Position numbers and translations under genes: made by a program. From positions 7,790 through 71,789 of IMG/VR virus record IMGVR_UViG_3300031414_000021: a stretch of 64,000 bases of DNA, one strand, 5' to 3'. The stretch comes from a virus. Lineage: Duplodnaviria; Caudoviricetes. Below are positions 55,935 to 64,000 of this stretch, piece by piece. The first letter of the stretch is position 1; the number at the start of each line of letters is the position of its first letter. The notes under the pieces are model-generated. The model was not told where the DNA came from and did no database searches. It saw nothing but the letters and a program-made list of their open reading frames with translations.

Positions 55935-57164
55935 ATGACTATGCTGCGCAATTTTACCGCTGTACTGCCTGTGACCTGTAACGCCGACTGTGGCTTTTGT
56001 CCTGAGAAAGAAATGGAACAGAAAGCCAAGCCCAAAGACTGGCAAGAGGCGCTGATTGATTCCATCGTTGATAACGAACATCGTGTTGACCACGTTTCTA
56101 TTAGTGGCGGCGAGCCAACGCTTCGCATGAACTTCCTGTTTGAGACCATTGATGAGATCTTGTCGCGCACAGGCATCGGCAATGTGGGTCTGACAACAAA
56201 TGGCCGCTTCCTTGAAAGCCCAAACAGCGTGCTCAAGTTTCTTGATCTGAACACTGACCGCTTGCTGCGTAGCAAGTTGAGTCACCTGAATATCTCCATG
56301 CACTCGTTTGACCGCGCACTGGCAAACAAGATCATGGGCGTTGAATACTCGTGGACAATGGACGACCTTGTGCGCTTCCGTCGTCAACTCGGCCGTGACG
56401 TTAGCTTTCACATCAACTTTGTGATCAACGAACACAACATCAAAAACATCGAGCATGAGTTTATCGCTGCCCGCGATTTCATGCACGCCAACCCTTGGAT
56501 TGATGTGGTGTTCCGTATTGACTATAACAACGCCAAGCTCAGCAAAGACCTGCGTGCTTATGGCCAAAGCGTTGAAGCATGGCGCGAGTCAACTCGCGGT
56601 AGTATCAAGGAAGAGAAAGCGGCACGCAAGCGCATTCTCAAGCAACCAAAGATGTTGCAAATGTTCGACGAGATCTTCAATGGCAGTCTGGCTGATAGTT
56701 TCAATGATGATTGGCTGCCAAGCTCTGACGGTCCTAATACGTCAGCTTGCCCGAGCTGCTTTACTCATCAAAGCCCAGAGATCAACAACAGCTTTGCGTG
56801 GCTGAAAGCAAGTTCGTATGAACCCAACGACGATGAGCCTGAGTTCACCGAGCTGGTGTTCCACATGGACGGCAAGCTGTACTATGACTGGTCACGCAAC
56901 ACGCCAGCCAAGAAAGACACTTGGTCACCAGCCAAGGCTGAAAAAGCTGTTCGTCGCATTCGTAGGTCGCGTTTTGATCTTGAGCCTAAAGCTGAGGAGC
57001 CTAAAGCAAAGGCAGTCAAGAAGCGTCCTGCTAAAAACAAAAAGGTAGAGTTCGACGCATCGGACTTGGAAGAAACAAATACCTTTCGTCGCAAGGAAGA
57101 GCAGATGCCAAAAGGCGGTACATGTAGTTACGATGATCGTGGCAAATGCAACTATAGAGGTTAA
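55935..57164 (+). CDS. radical SAM enzyme
   Basis: CNADCGFC (CxxxCxxC), SGGEPTL, TTNG, NISMHS. Confidence 0.9.
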   Translation: MTMLRNFTAVLPVTCNADCGFCPEKEMEQKAKPKDWQEALIDSIVDNEHRVDHVSISGGEPTLRMNFLFETIDEILSRTGIGNVGLTTNGRFLESPNSVLKFLDLNTDRLLRSKLSHLNISMHSFDRALANKIMGVEYSWTMDDLVRFRRQLGRDVSFHINFVINEHNIKNIEHEFIAARDFMHANPWIDVVFRIDYNNAKLSKDLRAYGQSVEAWRESTRGSIKEEKAARKRILKQPKMLQMFDEIFNGSLADSFNDDWLPSSDGPNTSACPSCFTHQSPEINNSFAWLKASSYEPNDDEPEFTELVFHMDGKLYYDWSRNTPAKKDTWSPAKAEKAVRRIRRSRFDLEPKAEEPKAKAVKKRPAKNKKVEFDASDLEETNTFRRKEEQMPKGGTCSYDDRGKCNYRG

Positions 57165-57166
57165 TC

Positions 57167-57424
57167 ATGGCAGTAGGCTTTGCAAAAGATGACGGTGTTA
57201 ACGACACCATTGAGAGCAATATCAACAACGAGATTGATTTTGCTCGTGCCCAACTCATGGGCGTAGGCTCAGAGTATTGCTTGGAATGTGATAGAGAGAT
57301 TCCTCTCCGCCGTCGTCAAGCAATGCCCAACGCCAAGTATTGTGTCGAATGTCAATCAGACCACGATGGCACAAGTCACAGCTATTATAATCGTCGCGGC
57401 TCTAAAGACAGCCAGCTGAGGTAA
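57167..57424 (+). CDS. TraR/DksA C4-type zinc finger protein
   Basis: CLECDREIPLRRRQAMPNAKYCVECQ. Confidence 0.9.
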   Translation: MAVGFAKDDGVNDTIESNINNEIDFARAQLMGVGSEYCLECDREIPLRRRQAMPNAKYCVECQSDHDGTSHSYYNRRGSKDSQLR

Positions 57425-57426
57425 TC

Positions 57427-58038
57427 ATGCAGCCAATCATTGTACCAACAAGTGATGGAATAACATCCCCTATTCAAGAACGAGGTGTTCTTGGAAATGA
57501 AATTAATCCTCAGTTACATGCATTAGCTAAAGCCTCGGCTAATCTGCGTAAACATCTGGAGGAGAAGGGCCTGCCTGTTATCCGCTACGAAATTAAGTCT
57601 GATGTATGGTTAGCCTATTTCAAGCAATACGGCAATCATGAAATACTAACTACCCTCAAGTCGCTGCTTGGCCAGCGTTCGCCTTACGTCGGGCGTCGTT
57701 TGGAGATAATGATCTCTTCTGTACTGGACCTTCCTGAAAGAGAGAAGCCAATGTTCTTCCAAAACATTCGGAACTCCTACAGTGGAGACGCACCTTCTGA
57801 TTGCTCAGAAGATGAGGAAGAGGATGATGTGGGTTCTGATCCTATTGTCGAACAGCCTTCTGTCTTAGATTTAAAGCGTCAACGAATTATTGATCGTCTT
57901 ATGCAAGAAGACGAAGTGGAAGATGCTTTACGCAGCTACAGAACCGACCCTGTGTCGCAGGCAAAGCGCCGTGTGATTGAATGTATTCTTGCCGAAGCTG
58001 ATTGGCTGAACGAACTTAAGGAAATGCAAAGTGAATAA
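57427..58038 (+). CDS. hypothetical protein
   Basis: GAGG RBS. Confidence 0.7.
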   Translation: MQPIIVPTSDGITSPIQERGVLGNEINPQLHALAKASANLRKHLEEKGLPVIRYEIKSDVWLAYFKQYGNHEILTTLKSLLGQRSPYVGRRLEIMISSVLDLPEREKPMFFQNIRNSYSGDAPSDCSEDEEEDDVGSDPIVEQPSVLDLKRQRIIDRLMQEDEVEDALRSYRTDPVSQAKRRVIECILAEADWLNELKEMQSE

Positions 58039-58522
58039 TAAAAAACCAAAACTCAACCAGACAGTATCGAGGTTTTCAATGCCTGCTAAAACTCCATTCA
58101 GTCCTCAGCAGTTTGCTGATCATCAGGCAGAGCAACGAGAGTTCCGTGAGCAGTGGTTGATTAAGAGAACGCAGGAAGTAAACGAAATTCTGTATCATCT
58201 GGCTGGCGGCAAACCTCAGAAGTCCATGCTCAATATGCGCAACGAACTGGACCCAGACTATGTTGATTACATGATCAATCGCAGTGAGCAGCCTGAACAC
58301 AAGCACATCAACAAAGATACTATCCTGATCTTTCTTGATCTCGGTACTTGGTTGGTTTGCGACGACAAACTGCTTACCGATTTTGCTCAATTGTTCATTG
58401 ATGTGGGCTGGGGCCCTCACACATCGGCTCATATTCGTGCCGGCGAGAAGTATGACGTGTGGCTGGCACTGGAGAACGTTGCTGAGCCTGATGAAGATGA
58501 AGATGAGGAAGAAGACGAATGA
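58031..58522 (+). CDS. hypothetical protein with acidic tail
   Basis: GTG start overlap. Confidence 0.7.
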   Translation: MNNKKPKLNQTVSRFSMPAKTPFSPQQFADHQAEQREFREQWLIKRTQEVNEILYHLAGGKPQKSMLNMRNELDPDYVDYMINRSEQPEHKHINKDTILIFLDLGTWLVCDDKLLTDFAQLFIDVGWGPHTSAHIRAGEKYDVWLALENVAEPDEDEDEEEDE

Positions 58523-59130
58523 TCAACATTCCACTTTCAGACTTAACTGTAGCCAAGTCTGGTGATCACACAGTTATTTCTATCGATGACTATGTGCGCC
58601 ACATCGGACCTGAGGTCGGTATCTTTTATGAGAAGTCACTTGACCTCAGCGCTCAGGGTTTCAATCGTCGTCAGGTAGCGTGTGTTATGCATATCTCCGT
58701 GGAAGAAGTTGCTCGTCTAGCTACAGGCAATCGGCCTTATCCTGAGATTCACGCTATGAACGCAACAGATTCTCAGGAACTGCCTGAGCCTGATACTATC
58801 GATCTTGACCGAGAGTTGCGTGAGATTGATTTTGTATTCGGTCTCCATACTCCAAAGCCTCGTCGTCGTATGGAAGACCCGAAAATAAGCCAAGCAGCAC
58901 GCATGTCCCAACTAAAACGGCGTTATGAGAATGCACCCAGTAACATTCCATATCAGTCTCAGGACGACACAGCCGTTATGGTTGCTACTGCTGCCGCGGT
59001 GTATGTTGCAACATCGGGCAGTGATAGCGATACGTGCAGTCGGTCAAACGATGATTATTCATCACCGTCACCATCGTATGATTCGCCGAGCAGCGGCAGC
59101 GATAGTGGTGGTAGCAGCGGTTGTGACTAA
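58519..59130 (+). CDS. hypothetical protein with S/G/D-rich C-terminal tail
   Basis: Ends SSPSPSYDSPSSGSDSGGSSGCD. Confidence 0.7.
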   Translation: MINIPLSDLTVAKSGDHTVISIDDYVRHIGPEVGIFYEKSLDLSAQGFNRRQVACVMHISVEEVARLATGNRPYPEIHAMNATDSQELPEPDTIDLDRELREIDFVFGLHTPKPRRRMEDPKISQAARMSQLKRRYENAPSNIPYQSQDDTAVMVATAAAVYVATSGSDSDTCSRSNDDYSSPSPSYDSPSSGSDSGGSSGCD

Positions 59131-59142
59131 GGAGCCTATATA

Positions 59143-59289
59143 GTGAAACGCTTAATTGCTTTTTTCCAACGCTGGTGGCACAGCGATGAGATCGAACAGC
59201 GTGACCGTCGTCTTCGCCGTATTGAAGAAGAGTTGAAACACAAAGCGCTGGCGATGAAGAATGAAAACGCAAAGCGCGGGAGTTGGTGA
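59143..59289 (+). CDS. 48-aa hypothetical protein
   Basis: Read manually: AAGGAG then GTG; MKRLIAFFQRWWHSDEIEQRDRRLRRIEEELK... Confidence 0.6.
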   Translation: MKRLIAFFQRWWHSDEIEQRDRRLRRIEEELKHKALAMKNENAKRGSW

Positions 59290-59753
59290 CTGGCCTCGAC
59301 CAACCCTACAAGCAAGAGGCCAACAAGTCTAAGCAGCATTTCAATAGACTTATTCGCAAAGCACGGCAGATCCATGCAGCACCCCTTGAACCTGCTGTGG
59401 CCGAAATAATTCGGGAGGCTACCATGCACGTACCGATTGAAATCAAAAGAGACTTCTTAGCTGTTAAACGCTTTTGTTATTGGCTTGCCATTGAACTCCG
59501 TCAAGGTACGTTGCTGCTGAACGCTGAGGCAGATCGTCTTTGTGTGATTGAGTCCTGTCGGCTTGTGCTCGAATCTAATCGCCCACACTTTGTGGCTTAT
59601 ACTGTAAACGAACATATCTGGCCTGCACTTAATGCTGCCGTTGAACTGCGTGCCGTTGAAATTGTTACGCGGGCTGCAAGTGCTGCCGATTACTTTGTTG
59701 ACGAAAATGCAAAAATTGCCTATACCCGAGGAGAGTTAGATGCGCCCGAATAA
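59283..59753 (+). CDS. hypothetical protein
   Basis: ORF track. Confidence 0.6.
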   Translation: MVTGLDQPYKQEANKSKQHFNRLIRKARQIHAAPLEPAVAEIIREATMHVPIEIKRDFLAVKRFCYWLAIELRQGTLLLNAEADRLCVIESCRLVLESNRPHFVAYTVNEHIWPALNAAVELRAVEIVTRAASAADYFVDENAKIAYTRGELDAPE

Positions 59754-60588
59754 CAACGCCCAGTTCGACGAACACCAGATCAGTGCTGATGGTATCATGG
59801 TTGAAGTGCTGCGTGCATTCGGAGACTGTGCTGAAATGCTGGTGGTATGCAGTGACGAACAACTCCGCAAGCTGCTGGTTCAGTTCGGTACTTCTTACAG
59901 CAACATCGAAGAAGACAACCGTCTGGAACTGCTTTATCTCCTGACCAAGAAAGTTGTTGATCAGGACGACGCTCTCCGTGTTGCTGCTTTCTTCACAAGC
60001 GAGTTCGGTGCCAGCGAGGACGATGATGTTCTGCTCCACCTGTGCGAAGGTCTGGTCGACTACACCTCATTACTTGGTGAAGACGACGATGAAGAAGACC
60101 AAACTATCTGCGATGAATGCGGACAGGACTTTGATTCAGTAGGCCGGTGTGGTTGTGCCACCAGCTATGACTTCGACGAAGATCATAAAGAGGACAATGC
60201 CGTGATTAAATCTAAAAAGACAAGTGAAGTGCTGGCAGTTAACTATTCCAATGCTGTTAACGCACTGCGTGACGATGTTGTGCTGACCATGGTACCACAC
60301 ATCATGTCCGTTGAAGGTGCCGACATTCATGTGCATACTGCCGAGCAAGTTCGTCTGTGGCTGCAACAGGCAAGCAAGCGTGACCTGATGAATGTGCTGC
60401 ATAACATCGTGGCGCCTGATGAAGAACTGCGTGATCACCCTGTAGTTGAACAGAACCCTAATCTGTTCAGCGAAAAGCACATGGTGCTGCTGGAGATTCT
60501 CAACGAACTCCATCCGCAAGATCCTCCATCCGATGAAGTCGAAGAAGACGATGACGCCGATGACGAAAACTTCACCCTCCGTTCGTAG
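59740..60588 (+). CDS. acidic hypothetical protein with central Cys motif
   Basis: GAGGAG RBS; CDECG..CGC. Confidence 0.7.
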   Translation: MRPNNNAQFDEHQISADGIMVEVLRAFGDCAEMLVVCSDEQLRKLLVQFGTSYSNIEEDNRLELLYLLTKKVVDQDDALRVAAFFTSEFGASEDDDVLLHLCEGLVDYTSLLGEDDDEEDQTICDECGQDFDSVGRCGCATSYDFDEDHKEDNAVIKSKKTSEVLAVNYSNAVNALRDDVVLTMVPHIMSVEGADIHVHTAEQVRLWLQQASKRDLMNVLHNIVAPDEELRDHPVVEQNPNLFSEKHMVLLEILNELHPQDPPSDEVEEDDDADDENFTLRS

Positions 60589-60604
60589 TCCTGAATTTCC
60601 ACAC

Positions 60605-60931
60605 ATGACAGACACGGAAGTCGAGTCATTTCTGTTGGCGCCTGACAAATGCAACTTTGTTAAAGTGCGCAAGCTGCCCGACGGCGAGTGGATTGGAATA
60701 TACAAACTCGCCTTCACATGGAGCGTGTGCTGTGGCATAGGTGAGATTACCAGCTTCAAGTATCGTTGGTGTTTTGAGCACCGTGAGGAAGCTGAATACA
60801 TGTTTGCTAATCTCGAAGCCTATGATGATCCACCTCATGAAGATCACAGGCACAGCCTGCGTGGTCATCGTTATTGGGGACGTGAGCCTCTTCTCAGAAT
60901 GCAAGATGAAAACGGAATAGACAGATGGTAA
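60605..60931 (+). CDS. hypothetical protein
   Basis: ORF track internal ATG. Confidence 0.6.
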   Translation: MTDTEVESFLLAPDKCNFVKVRKLPDGEWIGIYKLAFTWSVCCGIGEITSFKYRWCFEHREEAEYMFANLEAYDDPPHEDHRHSLRGHRYWGREPLLRMQDENGIDRW

Positions 60932-61101
60932 AGCAGCCTAACGAAGTACCTGAAAAAATGCGTAAGCGATTGCCTGATAGCCATGTGTTGCCACATGGCT
61001 TGAAGCAGAACCCAAACATCGGCAATAAAATTCCTGAATCTCTGCGTAAAGGCATACCTGATAACCATGTGATGCCTGATTCGAAATACGATTCTTTTTG
61101 A
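60925..61101 (+). CDS. 58-aa protein with an internal duplication
   Basis: Read manually: VPEKMRKRLPDSHVLP / IPESLRKGIPDNHVMP. Confidence 0.55.
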   Translation: MVKQPNEVPEKMRKRLPDSHVLPHGLKQNPNIGNKIPESLRKGIPDNHVMPDSKYDSF

Positions 61102-61102
61102 G

Positions 61103-61417
61103 GTGAATATGAGACATATCTTAGCGCGGCTGTTTCAATACTGCTGCTCCGGCGATTGTCCAGACACAGATCTGGTTGAGATCGTCACTGAGTACGACGG
61201 CACGGTTGAGTCCATCGATGAGGACCCAAGCCCGTTCTTAAACTATCTGCACCTTGAGTGTGACCTGTTAGATTGGTTCAGCATTCGTGAAGCACTCGCT
61301 TTGCTGTGTGGCAAACAACTGCCTCGTCTGTTTGAAGAACGCCTCGAAGGTGCTACTACCATTGAGCAGTTCGATCAGGTCATGGGCCCTTATCTGGAAC
61401 TGGACCATGAGCAATAA
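61103..61417 (+). CDS. hypothetical protein
   Basis: ORF track. Confidence 0.6.
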   Translation: MNMRHILARLFQYCCSGDCPDTDLVEIVTEYDGTVESIDEDPSPFLNYLHLECDLLDWFSIREALALLCGKQLPRLFEERLEGATTIEQFDQVMGPYLELDHEQ

Positions 61418-61895
61418 AGAATCGACGCTGATCATTCCAAACGCAGAAGACCATCAGGGTATTGATTGCGCCGTGATTCTTGTCGATTCTCAGATTGAGA
61501 TTGGCAAGCAGCGCATCGAAAGGACACTGGCTAATTTCAACATGTCGGCCAGTGATATTTTCTATGACCCATGCTGGTACGATGGAACGGAATCTCAAGG
61601 CGGCTGGGGATGTACGTTGGACGATGCAACCAAAGAGAAGCTGAATGCCTCTAACGACAAGTCTCTGTGGAAAGTTGGTATGCTGAGCGGTGATGACATT
61701 GAGCAGATGCTGGATGTTATTCGTGACACAGGCCACGCAATGACTCGACGTGCCCTAGCAACCAGCGCTAGTCGCAGCACTGACCCTAAAAAGCGTACTG
61801 TCCGCCTTGAACTAACGCTGGCAGAATACGACAGCTTGAAATCAAAAGCTGGTGGTCAATCCATTCAGGACTACATCAAGAGGAAACTCCTGTGA
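61407..61895 (+). CDS. hypothetical protein with C-terminal RHH/CopG-like segment
   Basis: KKRTVRLELTLAEYDSLKSKAGGQSIQDYIKRKLL. Confidence 0.65.
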   Translation: MSNKESTLIIPNAEDHQGIDCAVILVDSQIEIGKQRIERTLANFNMSASDIFYDPCWYDGTESQGGWGCTLDDATKEKLNASNDKSLWKVGMLSGDDIEQMLDVIRDTGHAMTRRALATSASRSTDPKKRTVRLELTLAEYDSLKSKAGGQSIQDYIKRKLL

Positions 61896-62179
61896 TAGAT
61901 TTTAATCCAATCGCACTGCGCCCACTGATCAAGAAGTTCCAGAAGGGCCTTGCTCCACTGACCAATGACGAAGTTCGCCAACTACGTGCTTACTACCGCA
62001 TGGCCAGCGATGTTGCAAAAGCTGACCCAGCTCTGGAAGGCGTTAGCTCTTACGTCAACCTCAGCTATCAACAGCTTGACCGTTACTTTGAAGCACGCAA
62101 GATGCAGGAAGAAGAGGACATTCCTGCTGTCTACGATACGTCAGGTGAGACTGTTGCATCACCGCCTCGAAAACCATAA
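61892..62179 (+). CDS. hypothetical protein
   Basis: GTGA overlap. Confidence 0.6.
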   Translation: MIDFNPIALRPLIKKFQKGLAPLTNDEVRQLRAYYRMASDVAKADPALEGVSSYVNLSYQQLDRYFEARKMQEEEDIPAVYDTSGETVASPPRKP

Positions 62180-62243
62180 TCTGTAAATAACACTAGGGAG
62201 ATCTGAAAAGATTTCCCATTGTGCATTCTGCTGGAGAAAACGT

Positions 62244-62669
62244 ATGCCACGACCTATGTCTAGTCCATATCGCTACATGGAGATTACGCTGCCAAACATT
62301 CAGGCTTTCTTAGAAGACTTGCGTCAGGACAGCGATTCCAAAGAGTGTGTGAAACTAATGCAGCCGCATGTCTGCAACCCTGAGATTACAATCTATGCTG
62401 CTTTTTACGATAGCCGCCCTGTAGCCGTGTTGGGTATCTATCGCGGCATGTATCTGGCTTTTGTAATTGTACGTGAGCCACATCGCAGACAAGGTGTTGG
62501 TCGCTGCTTGATTGAAAAGTACGCCACCCGAGTTCAGTCCATCCTGATTAAACATGCAGATCGTGGTAACAGTCTGGCGCACAAGTTTTTACGCAATGTT
62601 GGTTGGCGTGATTACAAGCAGATGGACCCAAAAACTGATTCAATGATACGTGAAGATTTCAAAGCATAG
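62244..62669 (+). CDS. GNAT-family acetyltransferase
   Basis: VIVREPHRRQGVGRCLI; N..A..FL..VGW. Confidence 0.8.
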   Translation: MPRPMSSPYRYMEITLPNIQAFLEDLRQDSDSKECVKLMQPHVCNPEITIYAAFYDSRPVAVLGIYRGMYLAFVIVREPHRRQGVGRCLIEKYATRVQSILIKHADRGNSLAHKFLRNVGWRDYKQMDPKTDSMIREDFKA

Positions 62670-62676
62670 GTAATTT

Positions 62677-63654
62677 ATGAAACTCGGTTTCGCCTGCAAG
62701 TATATCGACTACAACGGCAAACAGCCTTTTGCCAGTCGCAGTGTTAATTTCAGTCAACTGTCCAAGCTCGACCCTGATCAGCAAATCGACAAGCTGATTG
62801 AGATTGCAGGCCACAATGTTGCTGTGTTGTTTAGCATGATTGAGCACGTGGGCAAACAGCGTCCTGACTTGCGCATGTTCCGTATTACAAGCGACTTGCT
62901 TCCACTGTTTACGCATCCCAAGGTGCATCACCTGTATGCGCGTCACGTCAATCATCTAGTCAGCCCTGTGCTGGCCATGTGTGGTAAAGTGGCTCGTCGT
63001 CATGGTGTGCGTCTTAGCTTTCATCCTGGTCAATTCACGGTGCTGGCCAGCGACAAGCCTCATGTGGTAGACAGTGCGATTCAGGAGCTTGAGTACCATA
63101 CATGGTGCGCCGTACAGATGGGTTATGGTCAAAAGTTTCAAGATTTCAAGATCAATATTCATCTTAGCGGTGCCGGCGGCGCAACTGAGTTTCGTCGTAA
63201 TTTTAAACGTCTCAGCCAAGAGTGTCGTCGTATGCTCACAGTTGAGAATGATGAAGTCTCCTCCAGTGTTGAACAGTGTTTGACGCTGGCGGATATCTGT
63301 CCTGTTGTTCTCGACATTCATCATCATTGGGTTATGACCAACGAGTACATCATGCCCAGTGATGTCCGGGTTCAACAGGTTATTGGCTCATGGCGTGGCG
63401 TGCGTCCAACAATGCACTTCTCTGTGTCGCGTCCTGAGTTCGTTCCTAGCGTCGGTCTGCCTGACCAAAACAAGCTGCCAGTAGCTCGTGGTAAATTGCG
63501 TGCGCACTCTGACTACTATCACAACGAGGCAGTCAATGAGTGGGCTTTAACTTTTGACCAGTTTGATATTATGTGTGAGTCGAAGGCGAAGAATCTAGCC
63601 CGTACGTTGCTGTTGCTAGACAAGCCGTATTCGACAAATCAATGGTCAAAATAG
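62677..63654 (+). CDS. uvsE: UV damage endonuclease UvsE/UvdE
   Basis: LGFACK, MFRITSDLLP, RLSFHPGQF, LTVENDE, VLDIHHH, HSDY, ESKAK. Confidence 0.92.
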   Translation: MKLGFACKYIDYNGKQPFASRSVNFSQLSKLDPDQQIDKLIEIAGHNVAVLFSMIEHVGKQRPDLRMFRITSDLLPLFTHPKVHHLYARHVNHLVSPVLAMCGKVARRHGVRLSFHPGQFTVLASDKPHVVDSAIQELEYHTWCAVQMGYGQKFQDFKINIHLSGAGGATEFRRNFKRLSQECRRMLTVENDEVSSSVEQCLTLADICPVVLDIHHHWVMTNEYIMPSDVRVQQVIGSWRGVRPTMHFSVSRPEFVPSVGLPDQNKLPVARGKLRAHSDYYHNEAVNEWALTFDQFDIMCESKAKNLARTLLLLDKPYSTNQWSK

Positions 63655-63686
63655 CGCTAGATACTGCAAGCCTGTCGTGCTATACT
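63643..63686 (+). promoter_or_regulatory. early promoter, extended-element class
   Basis: TGGTCAAAATA-GCGC-TAGATA-N17-TATACT. Confidence 0.65.
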
Positions 63687-63734
63687 TTGCATAGGCAGAC
63701 GTGTCGCGTTAAACGTTTCAAAGAGGCCTGTTTA

Positions 63735-64000
63735 ATGTATACTGCACCGTCTGAAAAACCCAAGTCACGAATCCACGATCTTGACCTGAGCCAAATCAAG
63801 CTCAAGGTTGTTCCACCTTCTCGTCGCACCTATCGCCTTGCACTCAACGTGCTGGAGATTGCGCCTGAGGTTAAACGTGCTGCTCGTCGCGCGGGGATCG
63901 TGATGGGTATCGACAACTTCCGTGAGACGTTCACAGGTGAGCGTAACGAACTTGTGAACCTCATTCAAAAGCACCTGGCGCCTAACAACCCTGCTAAACA
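63735..64000 (+). CDS. hypothetical protein, partial (runs off the window end)
   Basis: ATG 63735 after GAGG; MYTAPSEKPKSRIHDLDLSQIK... open to the end. Confidence 0.6.
   Translation, partial: MYTAPSEKPKSRIHDLDLSQIKLKVVPPSRRTYRLALNVLEIAPEVKRAARRAGIVMGIDNFRETFTGERNELVNLIQKHLAPNNPAK

Overview
This 64-kb window comes from a large lytic dsDNA (jumbo-type) phage of about 50% GC. The gene set resembles Y3/Alexandra/JA-type jumbo myoviruses of Erwinia/Dickeya/Pantoea; that placement is recalled similarity, not a search result. Bases 1-16.3 kb are mostly minus strand: a partial SbcC/Rad50 ATPase, a DnaX-like clamp loader, a HAD nucleotidase, a roughly 430-nt highly structured intergenic tract, an AT-rich divergent PolA-like ORF next to a skewed non-coding block, and an inserted plus-strand RHH + TnpB cassette. 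Bases 16.4-41.8 kb are mostly plus strand replication, recombination, transcription and virion genes: RuvC, an Ig-repeat protein, a minus-strand DnaG-type primase, a Cas4/RecB-like nuclease, a metallophosphoesterase, a 2H phosphoesterase, a sigma-70-like factor, an SSB-like protein, RecA with an intein, and an AmsF/WceF-like tailspike-fold protein. Bases 41.8-64 kb look like an early region with sigma-70-type promoters, many small unknown ORFs, a YadA-type trimeric autotransporter, an ABC-type ATPase, a radical SAM enzyme, TraR/DksA, GNATs and UvsE. No tRNA, rRNA or CRISPR array was found. The most notable patterns are: (i) a shared N-terminal M-x-I-x-I-S-L-S motif on 6-8 otherwise unrelated charged proteins; (ii) a catalytically intact TnpB with no room for a canonical right-end/omegaRNA tail, welded into one of those genes; (iii) the structured RNA candidate; (iv) two recurrent promoter grammars, CTGTAAATA and TGGTCAAAAYA-N4-[-35]-N17-[-10].
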